From NCBI GenBank assembly GCA_965205655.1, contig CBDBIJ010000147.1, positions 1 through 37,980 of the forward strand: a DNA stretch of 37,980 bases, written 5' to 3'. The translations under genes were made by a program, and so were the position numbers. The notes under the pieces were generated by a model that did not search any database, was not told where the DNA came from, and saw only the letters and a list, made by a program, of their open reading frames with translations. This DNA is from Candidatus Latescibacterota bacterium (GTDB lineage: Bacteria > Latescibacterota > UBA2968 > UBA8231). Shown piece after piece: positions 18,374 to 31,479 of this stretch (position 1 is the first letter of the stretch; every line of letters starts with the position of its first letter).

Positions 18374-18527
18374 CGGCGAACCCTCATCGACTATTCGGTA
18401 TGAACGGTACGATAGTACACAGCTGCCGCGGATGGGGCAACTCTGGGATATACTCGACCATCAGTCGGCGAAGGTGCTTTGAAAAAGCATGTCTCGGTGT
18501 TATCTTACGAAAATTACCTCCATCTGA

Positions 18528-19835
18528 ATGACCAATTCTACAAACGGTATGGCGAAGTCCTCGTCTCGCATCCTGGTGGCTATTCAAAACCCGGATACGG
18601 AGGACGCGCTCGTCCGTCTGGCCGGCACCTTGGCCGCATCGTCGAACGGCGAGCTCCATCTCACTCACGTCACGACCGGGGATGGGGACCGCTCGGCATC
18701 TGCCGGGCGACAACTCGAGCGCGCCGCTCACGTCGCCACCAGTATGAGCGTGAAAGCCGTTCCACATCTCGTCGAGGGCGAGAGCGTTACCGATGCTATT
18801 CGGAGTTCCGTGCGCGAATGGGACTGCGACACGATGGTGATGGGCTGGCGTGGGGATGTGGACAGAGATGCCGTACTGGCCTCGGAGAATAGAGCCCTGA
18901 CGAAGTCCCTCGACGTGGATACACTCATTTTCAAAGAGAAGACCCCCCAGCCGCCGGGCCGAGTCCTCGTGCCGACTGGAGGGGGCAGCCATTCACTCAT
19001 GGGTATTCAGGTCGCCCGCGACCTGGCAGACGAATGGGACGCCGATATGGAGGTTGTCCGCATCGCCAGAGATCGGAATTGTCGGCCCGAAGACCCGATT
19101 CTCCTGCGCTATTGCGGGCAGGTGTACGAGGACACCCTCCTCCAACTCAAGCTTCTCGATATCGAGGCGCCGATCACCGTCGTGCCGTCATCCGACATCA
19201 TCTCCTCCGTTGTTGAGCGCGCCGAGGACGGCGACCTCCTCGTACTGGGTGCCTCCAACGATTGGCGTCAGGACGAGCACCTCGCCGGCTCGATTCCGGA
19301 TGAGATCGCCTACAGGTGCCCTTGTTCTGTTCTGATGGTCCGATCTCGACGAGCGCCGGCGAGCTACCGGTTGAGCAACATCTTCTGGGAACACACAATT
19401 CGCCTCGACCTTCGTCCCTCCGACAAGTGGGACGCCATCGATCAGATGGTGGATATACTGGTGGAGGAAAAGCAGATCCCGCCATCGCAGATTCAACCCA
19501 TTCGAAATGCCGCACTGGCTCGAGAGAAAAAAGCCTCCACGGCTATTGGTCACGAGACGGCTATCCCGCACGCGCCCATTGCGGACCTTCCCGGTATCAT
19601 CGGCGCCCTGGGAATATGCCCCGACGGCGTCGATTTCGACGGCCTCGATGGTGGTCCAGTGCGCTACATCTTCCTGCTCCTGACGCCACAGCAGAACTAC
19701 CGCACCTACATTCCCGTGCTGGCGCAGATCGCCAGTCTCATGCGCTCCAATGATACGCGGGCGGCTTTCCTGCGCTGCGAGACCCCGTCTGAACTGACGG
19801 CGCTGATCAAGAAGAGCGAACGCACGTCAGCATAA
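18528..19835 (+). CDS. Fusion of two universal stress protein (USP) domains and a PTS EIIA (Fru/Ntr-type) domain
   Basis: USP1: RILVAI...DTMVMGW. USP2: RVLVPTGGGSHS...LLVLGAS...GSIPDEIA..CPCSVLMVR. EIIA: AREKKASTAIGHETAIPHA...GVDFDGLDGGPVRYIFLLL. Alternative start at 18549. Confidence 0.88.
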   Translation: MTNSTNGMAKSSSRILVAIQNPDTEDALVRLAGTLAASSNGELHLTHVTTGDGDRSASAGRQLERAAHVATSMSVKAVPHLVEGESVTDAIRSSVREWDCDTMVMGWRGDVDRDAVLASENRALTKSLDVDTLIFKEKTPQPPGRVLVPTGGGSHSLMGIQVARDLADEWDADMEVVRIARDRNCRPEDPILLRYCGQVYEDTLLQLKLLDIEAPITVVPSSDIISSVVERAEDGDLLVLGASNDWRQDEHLAGSIPDEIAYRCPCSVLMVRSRRAPASYRLSNIFWEHTIRLDLRPSDKWDAIDQMVDILVEEKQIPPSQIQPIRNAALAREKKASTAIGHETAIPHAPIADLPGIIGALGICPDGVDFDGLDGGPVRYIFLLLTPQQNYRTYIPVLAQIASLMRSNDTRAAFLRCETPSELTALIKKSERTSA

Positions 19836-19875
19836 GCGCCGGGCGCTGGACGACGTCGTCAAGTTGACTTCCGAC

Positions 19876-20790
19876 ATGATCAAGTCGGCCATCGACCTGG
19901 GCACGAACACCATTCTCATGGTGACCGGTCGCCGTCGCGATGACGGCTCGGTCGAAATCCTGGACGATGCCCACGCCATCGCTCGGCTCGGAAAAGGCGT
20001 GGACGCGGCCGGGATGATCCATCCCGATACGATGGATCGGGTTTGCGGTTTTCTCCTCTCCTACAGAGAGCGCGCCCGGACGCTCGGTGCCGACACCGTT
20101 CGCGCTTTCGGAACCTCGGCCTTACGGGACGCGGCCAACAAATCGGAGTTCATCGGCCTCGTCAGTGAGAAGACGGGGATTCCGCTCGTAGAGCTTTCGG
20201 GCGAGGAGGAAGCTCGGCTGACCTTTGACGGCGCTGCCTTTGGCCTGGAGCTGCCGCAACGCTACACCGTCGTCGATATCGGTGGCGGCTCTACCGAGCT
20301 CGCCTCAGGTGGGCGCGTCGGCCTTGAAGAATCGCTATCGGTCGATATCGGCTCGGTCCGCGTCACCGAGCGTCATTTCCAGGTGTTGCCCCCCGGCGAG
20401 CGCGCTGTCCGTGAGGCCGCTGCTATGATCAGGGAGGGATTTCTGCAGCTGTTCGAACTTCCACCCGGATGCGACACCGTTGTCGGAGTTGCGGGTACGG
20501 TGACGACCCTGGGAGCGATCGACAGAGAAATCGAACGATTCGATGCGGAAGAGCTGAACGGACACTTCCTCGATCGGCGTCGCGTCGAGGAGATAACATC
20601 GCAGCTGCTCTCGCTCAGTCTGGAACAGGTCAGGGCCATCCCGCAGGTGAGTGATCAGCGAGCGGACATCATCACGGCCGGCGCTCTCATTCTACGCTCG
20701 TTTCTCGAACTGCGAAGCTGTCCCGGGCTCATCGTCTCCACCCGTGGAATCCGCTACGGACTCCTCAGCGAAATGCTCGCCGAGCGATGA
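19876..20790 (+). CDS. ppx: Ppx/GppA exopolyphosphatase / pppGpp phosphohydrolase, short form
   Basis: AIDLGTNT, RLGKGV, GTSALRDAAN, LSGEEEARL, VDIGGGSTE, GSVRVTE, RADII, GIRYG. Confidence 0.93.
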   Translation: MIKSAIDLGTNTILMVTGRRRDDGSVEILDDAHAIARLGKGVDAAGMIHPDTMDRVCGFLLSYRERARTLGADTVRAFGTSALRDAANKSEFIGLVSEKTGIPLVELSGEEEARLTFDGAAFGLELPQRYTVVDIGGGSTELASGGRVGLEESLSVDIGSVRVTERHFQVLPPGERAVREAAAMIREGFLQLFELPPGCDTVVGVAGTVTTLGAIDREIERFDAEELNGHFLDRRRVEEITSQLLSLSLEQVRAIPQVSDQRADIITAGALILRSFLELRSCPGLIVSTRGIRYGLLSEMLAER

Positions 20791-20847
20791 CGACGGCGAA
20801 CGCCCATTCCGTCCTCCCTGCCCGCTCGTGCTGCCCGGCGCCGTCTC

Positions 20848-22083
20848 TCAGGTGGGCGATTGTGCGAGGTGGCGCCCCCACCAATATCGACGTCCCTTCC
20901 AGCTGAATCGCCACAGGCACCCAAGCAGGCCGATCGCCACCGTGAGGAAGGGCTGGGTCACGGACCACAAGAGGAAATATCTCGCCAAGTCACGGCGTCC
21001 GAAGACGCGCAGCGCCGCTGCCACGACCGTCCACTCGGCGAGCGTTTTTGCAGTCCAGCACACCGTCGGCAAAAAGAGTCCGAGTGCGCCTGCGACGACG
21101 AGAGCCGGGGCAAAGGCCAGCGACACACTCATACCGAAGGTGGCGCAAAGGTAAGCGAAAAACACGGGATCGAGCCTCAGTTGAAACGGGGCGTTGGAGG
21201 CCCAGCGAGACCGCTTGTTCAGCAGGGAACGCCAGGACACGGAGGCGGGATGAACGACCGACGCGCCGTGAGATGTAGCGTAGCAAACCTTCCAGCGACC
21301 GGTTCGGCGAATCAGTTGCAGAAGCAGCACATCGTCTCCAGAGACGCGGTGCTGAATGGAGCTGTAGCCTCCCACTTCGGTGAAGGCGCACTTGCGAAAC
21401 GCAAGATTCTGACCCGATGCCGCCATCGGTCTTCCCTGCCGAGCGCTGCCCAATGCCCCCGCCATAAGAGCGAGAAAATCCACACCTTCCCATCCCTGCC
21501 GCAGTCCGTCGATGCGCCCCGCAGACTCGATCTGCGAGAATCCGATCACCATGCCGACTTCGGGCTCGAAACAGGTTGCCATCTCCTGGAGCCATGTCGG
21601 TGGAACCCGGCAATCCGCGTCAGTCGTGGCGATGATCTCTCCCCGTGATCTGTCGATGCCGAGACCGAGAGCTGACTTTTTCGATCCCGAGCGCCCCAGG
21701 ATTGCCGCCGTGCTCAACAGGGTGACGCGAGGGCCGCTGCGAACGCCGCGCCCGCGGCAGCGCTGAAAGGCGCGAACCAGCGATGCCGTGCCGTCGTCGG
21801 AACCGTCGTCGACGATGATGACCTCGCATGAGTCTGACGGATAGGTCTGTGCGGAGAGTTGCTCGAGACAGCCCCGGATGGTAGCCGCTTCGTTCCTCGC
21901 TGCGACGATGACGGAGATGAAGGGAGTCGCCCTTTCGTCGCTTTGAGACTCCTCGGAAGGTCTTGTCGCCGCCAGCCGGACCCCTCTCGCGAACCACATG
22001 ATGCCCGCCACGTATATCGTGGTGGACACGGCGAGCATCGCCTCCAGACAAACCCGGGCCTCGCCCCACATGCTCTCCGCCAT
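20848..22083 (-). CDS. Membrane-bound family 2 glycosyltransferase
   Basis: ISVIVAARNE, VDDGSDD, TDADC, GQNLAFRK, SGDDVL and KRSRW (QxxRW-like); N- and C-terminal TM helices. Confidence 0.93.
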   Translation of the reverse strand: MAESMWGEARVCLEAMLAVSTTIYVAGIMWFARGVRLAATRPSEESQSDERATPFISVIVAARNEAATIRGCLEQLSAQTYPSDSCEVIIVDDGSDDGTASLVRAFQRCRGRGVRSGPRVTLLSTAAILGRSGSKKSALGLGIDRSRGEIIATTDADCRVPPTWLQEMATCFEPEVGMVIGFSQIESAGRIDGLRQGWEGVDFLALMAGALGSARQGRPMAASGQNLAFRKCAFTEVGGYSSIQHRVSGDDVLLLQLIRRTGRWKVCYATSHGASVVHPASVSWRSLLNKRSRWASNAPFQLRLDPVFFAYLCATFGMSVSLAFAPALVVAGALGLFLPTVCWTAKTLAEWTVVAAALRVFGRRDLARYFLLWSVTQPFLTVAIGLLGCLWRFSWKGRRYWWGRHLAQSPT

Positions 22084-22108
22084 GTCCGTCACGCGGTGCG
22101 AAACGTGG

Positions 22109-23186
22109 TCATGTTCGGCTCGCGAGATCCTTCACGAGGCTGAACATGCCGCGGTAGCCCTCGGAACAGTTCCGGCACATGTCAATATCAGTCCGGCTGT
22201 CGAGAACTCGCCGGCGAAAGCCAATATACTCCGCGCTCTTCCAGAGCCCGGCAAAGGCCGCGGGCTGCCCGAAGGCACTGCCCATGTTGAAATCTACGTT
22301 TTTGTCGAAACAGCAAGGCGACACGGCGCCGTTCCAGTTGACCATTGAGCTGTACCACAGGACCTTGCAACCCCGGACGGGTTGTCCCTTCACGACGAGC
22401 TCGCCACTCGACTCATCGTAGCGCCTATACTCCTCGCTGTCGGGCAAGTAGACATCCGCTTCCGCGCTGTTGTACACCTGGGCTGTCTTCACTAGAAATT
22501 TGTCCGCGCCGACCTCCCTGGCGATGCGCTCCGCCTCGGCCAGATCTCCCTGATTGTGCTTGAACACGATGAATTGCAAATTGACGAGTGGCTTCGACGA
22601 GGCCGCCTCCTTCTTCGCCTGCGCCAGAAGGCGGGCACCGCTCAGTACGCGCTCGAGCTTTCCCCCGACCCGATAGCGCTCGTATGTCTCCTGATCGACT
22701 CCATCGAGCGAGATAATGATTTCGTCGAGGCCGGAGTCTACCACGGCGCGGGCCTGCTCTGCGGGTGCGGATATAGTGGCCGTTCGTGCTCGTCATAGTG
22801 GGGATTCGCTTGCTGTGGGCGTACCGAACCATCTCGGTGAAACAATTGTTGATGAATGGCTCACCCTGGTTCCACAGCATGAGCAGGATGAGGTTGTCCC
22901 CCACCTCGTCGATGAGCGACCGGAAATCGGCGATCGACATCCTGCCCCTCGACCTGGTCATCTCCCCGTTCCCAGAGGGACACAGGGGGCACTTCAGATT
23001 GCAGTAGTTGGTCGGCTCTACCATCATCATGAACGGCTGCCCCCATACGATGGGGCGTCGCAGAGCGAAGGAAAGGCCCATGGAGGCCATCACCTTCGCG
23101 AGGTTCCACAGCCGCTTCCATGAGAAAGCGTAGCCGTATCGCTCTACGTAGACGGGAATCGATCGAGGAGAGAACAGAAAGGCCAT
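22109..23186 (-). CDS. Radical SAM enzyme with C-terminal SPASM/Twitch domain; +1 frameshift at ~22765
   Basis: CNLKCPLC, NQGEPF, STNG, ISLDG, then C...PCCFD...CRNC. Span is 1078 = 1077+1. Confidence 0.92.
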
Positions 23187-23188
23187 CG

Positions 23189-24427
23189 TCAAACTCCGGC
23201 TGCTCGCATACCCTCAGGTCGCGGCTTCCGTTCGCCGCGCCCACCGTCCTTCCACCGAAACCAACCGAATCCTCCGAGGGGGACGAACAGCAGGACGTAC
23301 GGAATATAGACAATCTCGAGAAGCGGAAGGTACGCCAGCAGGGATCTCTCGTTCCGGTCTGGAAGGAATCGCCATAGGAGCGCCAGATCCGATGCCATCT
23401 TCATGACGACAGCCGCGGCAACGAGCGGGCCGGCGAGATCGAAAACGCTGTGTGAGAGATCTGCCGAGGTGGCTGCGCCTGCCGCGACCAGACCTGTCAC
23501 TTCGAGCCCAGCGGCGATTAACTGAAGGATGCCCACGAGCAGGAGAGCGTGAAACGCATACGCCGCCACTCCCAAAAGACGCGCCGGTCCCCGGTAATGG
23601 CTTGCCTTTGAGGCGTGCCGGAGCTTCTGGTTCGCCGTGGCAGCCGCATCTGCCACGCGTGGCTTGCACTCAACGATGGATTTCTCGCTCGTGTTGTAGA
23701 CAGTTTTCCAGTTCGTCTTCGATGAAACCAGACGGGTAAGATACACGTCGTCCCCGCCGACGAGGTGTCCGATGGAGCTGAAACCACCGACCTGATCGTA
23801 GACCTGCCTGCGATACGCCAGGTTCCGACCAGTACACGCCAGAGGCGCACCCATGCCGATGCCTCCCGCGCTCAAGGCGCCGATGGCGAGGTTGTCGAGT
23901 GCGAGCAGCGATTGTTTCAGGCTTTTGCGAAGGATGGGCGCGCGCGCGTATCCCGCCACCATTCCCACGTCTTCGCCGAATCTGGCGACCGTCTCCCGCA
24001 CCCAGTCCGGGGGCGGACAGCAGTCGGCGTCTGTGAAGAGCAGGATTTCCCCCGAACTCGCCTCGATTCCCTGGGCGAGCGCACTTTTCTTCGGACAGCG
24101 AAAACGCAGCTCCGCCGACGCCGGCACCAGCGACAGATGCGGCCATAGCGAGGACGTTTCTCTGACGATATCGGCTGTCCTGTCGGTGGAGCGATCGTCG
24201 ACGACAACGACTTCGATCGGACTACCGCTTTCCTGGGCCTTGAGTGCCGCGAGACAGTCTGCTATGGTCTCCGCCTCGTCGCGAGCAGAAACGATGATGC
24301 TCACAGAGGGCACTCCCGATCCGGTCGGCGCCGATTTGCCTCCTCGTACCACGCCGGTGTAGAGCCAGGCGATGGCCGCGGTGTAGACGCCGGCAAGTAC
24401 GACGAAGGCCACCTCGAGGCCGCTCAT
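23189..24427 (-). CDS. Membrane-bound family 2 glycosyltransferase, paralog of 20848..22083
   Basis: VSIIVSARDE, VDDRSTD, KKSAL, TDADC, GRNLAYRR, GGDDVY and QKLRH; C-terminal FRWK. Confidence 0.93.
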   Translation of the reverse strand: MSGLEVAFVVLAGVYTAAIAWLYTGVVRGGKSAPTGSGVPSVSIIVSARDEAETIADCLAALKAQESGSPIEVVVVDDRSTDRTADIVRETSSLWPHLSLVPASAELRFRCPKKSALAQGIEASSGEILLFTDADCCPPPDWVRETVARFGEDVGMVAGYARAPILRKSLKQSLLALDNLAIGALSAGGIGMGAPLACTGRNLAYRRQVYDQVGGFSSIGHLVGGDDVYLTRLVSSKTNWKTVYNTSEKSIVECKPRVADAAATANQKLRHASKASHYRGPARLLGVAAYAFHALLLVGILQLIAAGLEVTGLVAAGAATSADLSHSVFDLAGPLVAAAVVMKMASDLALLWRFLPDRNERSLLAYLPLLEIVYIPYVLLFVPLGGFGWFRWKDGGRGERKPRPEGMRAAGV

Positions 24428-24499
24428 GTGCCACTCATCTGCGCCGCACTGATTGAGCCGGTGCAGACACCGCAAGCCCGAAACGAGAGTCGCCGGGCA

Positions 24500-27701
<3,202 letters not shown>

Positions 27702-27708
27702 CGTCGGC

Positions 27709-29028
27709 TCAAGACGTTGAGGGTGCCGCAGCCGGCGTCGGTACGGTGGGATCCCTGTCTCGGTCGACGAGGATGTTGGCAAGCCCCAGGAGAAACTGGC
27801 CCGCCAAAACGGCCGCCAGCGCCGCTTCGGCAACTCCCGTTGGCAAAAAAGCCGTCAGACTGATTCCGATTGCGAGCCCCGTTTCCTTCAGCTCCAGGGC
27901 TCGGCCCGCCTCCGCAATCACAGACCGCTTTGCCGATCGCTCCGTCAAGCGCGACGTCAGTTTCAGCCCACCCACTTTCACCGCAGCCCTGACCACGAGA
28001 ATGACAAGCAGCGTTAGCAGGAACGGCTGCAGCTCGACACCCGATCCCAGCCCCTTGCCCACAACCCAGCCGGCCAGGAACGGAAGCGCGAATCGAATGA
28101 ATCCCTGTCCGCGCTCGACGACGTGGACGACATCGAGTCGTCTCAGTGTGGAGTTGATGAGCCAAGCTCCGGCACAGAGCCCCATCCACAGCGGCTCGAT
28201 ATGGAACGTCGCAGCGATGCCAGCGCCCAGAATTATGAGACCCGCCAGGACGAAGAGAAACCCCCCGGGCAAGAATTCCTCTCTTGAGATCAGGTCGCCG
28301 AGCAACCCGACAAGCGCTCCGGCGAGCAGTCCCCACAGGATGCGGTTCCCGCCAGCGCCCTCAGAGATGACGAAGTCGGCGAAGGCTCGGAAATCGGCGA
28401 AAGCGCCAAGGACTGGCACAGCGGCCGCTGGGGCGTGGTCGGGTGGAGGAAAATCGAGCAGACTGTTGCCTATGGCGACGAGCAAAATCGCCCAGAAAGC
28501 CGCCAGAGACGGCTGCCAGAATCCGTGCCTCGGTCCGGTCCGGTGACGCGACACCGAAGTCGATCGGCGCAGCGGGACATCGACCACACAGACAGCCGCC
28601 AGGACGAGAAGCGCTGGCGGACTGAGGAGATCTCCGGCTTCTATTGCGGGAAATTCCGCCACGCTGAAGGCGGCGAGGAAAACGAGGGCGACGGCTGCAA
28701 TCCCCTGACCAGACTCGGCCATCGACATGACGGGCGAGTGCCTTCCCAGAACTCGCAGATCCAGCCCGCAACCGACGGCCAGACCGCACCATCCCAGTGT
28801 CGAAACGAGAACGATGGAGGCGATCGGTTCGAAGCTCGCCAGGATGTTATTCGGCGCGGTGTAGCCGAGAACGAGGCCCGAGATTGCCGCGACGGTGCGA
28901 ACGTCGAGGAAGACTGCCAGCTCGCGTGCTGGTTGTTTTCGCACCGTCAGCCGTCTCAGGGCGTACAGACCCGCTACCACTCCCAGCCCCGCGACGAATC
29001 TGGCCGCGTCTGCCCACTCGGGACTCAC
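27709..29028 (-). CDS. Polytopic membrane protein, divergent cation:proton antiporter (CPA-like)
   Basis: About 12 hydrophobic segments; LGWCGLAVGCGLDL and GIAATFHIEPL..G..AGA.LIN resemble CPA2 helices. Family assignment is tentative. Confidence 0.6.
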   Translation of the reverse strand: MSPEWADAARFVAGLGVVAGLYALRRLTVRKQPARELAVFLDVRTVAAISGLVLGYTAPNNILASFEPIASIVLVSTLGWCGLAVGCGLDLRVLGRHSPVMSMAESGQGIAAVALVFLAAFSVAEFPAIEAGDLLSPPALLVLAAVCVVDVPLRRSTSVSRHRTGPRHGFWQPSLAAFWAILLVAIGNSLLDFPPPDHAPAAAVPVLGAFADFRAFADFVISEGAGGNRILWGLLAGALVGLLGDLISREEFLPGGFLFVLAGLIILGAGIAATFHIEPLWMGLCAGAWLINSTLRRLDVVHVVERGQGFIRFALPFLAGWVVGKGLGSGVELQPFLLTLLVILVVRAAVKVGGLKLTSRLTERSAKRSVIAEAGRALELKETGLAIGISLTAFLPTGVAEAALAAVLAGQFLLGLANILVDRDRDPTVPTPAAAPSTS

Positions 29029-29146
29029 GATGGCTCACATTTGGAACGGGGCTTCAGCTTTTGGCGGGACATGCGGTAGCGGCGCCAGCGGAAATATGCT
29101 CGCGTCGGTGCTCCGAGATGAGGTCGTGGTGACGGGTTGTAACGTC

Positions 29147-29602
29147 TTAGAAAGGCAAGTCGTCTTCCTCGCCGGAATCGCCCTGAGGGGGGGTGTATCC
29201 GCCGCCCATGCTTACGCTCTCCTGTTCCACCGGGGCGGCCGGGGTGTCCGACTCTGAAAAATCACCGCGGCTGTCGAGCATCTGCATGTCGTTTACGACA
29301 ACTTCGGTCGTGTAGCGCTTTTGCCCGCTCGGGTCGTCCCAGGAGCGCGTCTCCAACCTGCCCTCCACGTAGATCTTGCTGCCCTTTTTGAGATATTGTC
29401 CGACGATCTCCGCCAGTTTTCGCCAGATTACGAGACGGTGCCATTCCGTCCGTTCCTGGCGCTCGCCGCTGCGGTCCGTCCACGACTCGTTCGTGGCCAG
29501 ATTGACGTTGACGACTGGTGCGCCGCTGGGCGTGTACTTCACCTCGGGATCGGCTCCCAGATTGCCGATCAGGATGACTTTGTTGACCCCTCCGCGTGAC
29601 AT
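29147..29602 (-). CDS. ssb: Single-stranded DNA-binding protein
   Basis: [37 protein letters not shown]-terminal EEDDLPF; AGGAGG RBS. Confidence 0.98.
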   Translation of the reverse strand: MSRGGVNKVILIGNLGADPEVKYTPSGAPVVNVNLATNESWTDRSGERQERTEWHRLVIWRKLAEIVGQYLKKGSKIYVEGRLETRSWDDPSGQKRYTTEVVVNDMQMLDSRGDFSESDTPAAPVEQESVSMGGGYTPPQGDSGEEDDLPF

Positions 29603-29739
29603 GGCTGCCTCCTGTCTCCTTTCGTGTCCGAGTGTGTCGGTGGACACTTTGTCGAACGGAGTCGTTGAGCTACATTGTAGGAGAGTAAAGGGTGGTGATG
29701 AAACCTGGTCAAGCGTCGGTGCGAGGAGCAGGAAACAGA

Positions 29740-29767
29740 TTGACAAGCCGGCGCGTCTGTGTACCTT
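29740..29767 (+). promoter_or_regulatory. Sigma70-type promoter for the repeat-protein gene, back-to-back with ssb
   Basis: TTGACA-16 nt-TACCTT with a TG extension, 45 nt upstream of ATG 29813. Confidence 0.5.
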
Positions 29768-31479
29768 TAATAGTCTTGGCTATTTCATTCTCCTGGTGAA
29801 GGTTACCCGCTAATGCTTGCCGTGCTGGCACAGGCAAAAGGCTCTTACCTCCAATTCGGCGCAAAGGAAGCGTCCGCCGCAACTGGGCCGAGCTACCTGC
29901 CGATCTTCCTGGCCGTTTCTACCGGTCTCGTCGTGCTTCTGGTCGCGATCATCATCATCGCGATCGCGATCGCGCGAACAGAAACTCGGGCGAGGCAAGG
30001 CCGGTAACGCTAGGAACGGTCGCACCGCTTCCTCCAAGCGGGCCAGGGCGAAGCAACGTGACAAGATGCAGGAGTTCGCCGTCGACTACATCGACATGGA
30101 CCCCCTCATCAACCCCCCTACAGGTCGAGCCCGGCCGATCCCCGAGGAGCTCGATAACGGCAGTATCCTCATCAGTCAGCGTCTGGGGGTCAAGTGTCTG
30201 CTGCTCGACCGCCTCGAAGAAGTGGGTAGAAACACCCTCAAAGACGTCTGCGCCCGAAAACTCAGGTCGAATCAGGCGCTCTACCTGCCAATGGGGTTTC
30301 AGGTCTACAAAGACGAGATCCTCCATCAGGGTCGGGGGTTTACAGCCAGGCTCCGCAAGGGCACCCTCTTTCTCAGTGTCGGCGGGCACCCGAATTCTTA
30401 CCTCCTCGACGAGCTGAAACTGCCGCTGCGCAAGGAACTGAGCAGCAATACCCAGATCCTGCCGATCACGGAAACGACGGCCCATCGGTATTTGCAAGGC
30501 CTCGTCGACATCCCGCAGAGCTTCGAGCTGCTCAAGGAGGATGTCCTGTTCGACGCCTCGAAGGAGAACAAACGCAGTATCGAGAAAGGTACGCTTATCA
30601 TCAGCCGGAGCGGGGCCCTCGTGGGTCTCATGCTGGAGCCTTACGAGCTACCCCACACGGGATCCCTGACCGATCTGGAGGCGCTGTTCCAACTCAAGAC
30701 AAACTACGAGCGGTTTCCCCTCGAGACCCTCATCCAGCGGTCCGCCAAAGCCGGCGGCCGGCCGATCGAGATCGACAAAGGAACTTTTATTTTCAGCTCA
30801 TCGGGAAGGGTGTACTTCGTCTGGAAGGACGGGCTCACTGCTGATGAACAAACCCTCACAGTATGGTCCAAGCAGTCTCAAATCAACCACCCCTGCATGC
30901 TGGAGGTCTCCAAGACGAAGAGCAACCGCATCGGCGGCCCCGGGCAGGTGATGACCCAGGACGAGCTCAACTACCTGCGCGACGTGTTTCGGCAAGCGGG
31001 CACGACGAACATCGTGAATCAATCCCTGATCCTGGATAAGAACGTGTTTTACAAGTTCTCGATCGAAATGCCGTATGCGCAGACCGGCAAGTTTCGCGGC
31101 TATCTCGGCAAGGGTGTCAACATACTCAACACTGCCAGCAGGGGAACCTTCAGCGTCGAGCTGGGTGGCAAGGATATCGAGCTGACGGATCTCGACATCG
31201 CCGCGGTGCGGGAGCACCTGTTGCAAGAGGGAAAGATGCTCATCAAGATCGGCACCCTGCTGCGCATCAGGGACGAGAAATACGGCGACTGGGTCTACAA
31301 GGTCGTCACCAACCTCTTCTACCCTTACGACACGCTCACCCGGCCCTACATGGAAGAGTTCATTCCGGAAAGCATCCGCTACTCGCACAGGGAGCCGAAG
31401 ATGTCGACCCTGATCGGGCCGCAGGAGAAGCCCCGGGACGACGATTACGGCGCCTCCGGCGACCCGGTAGGGGATCTAA

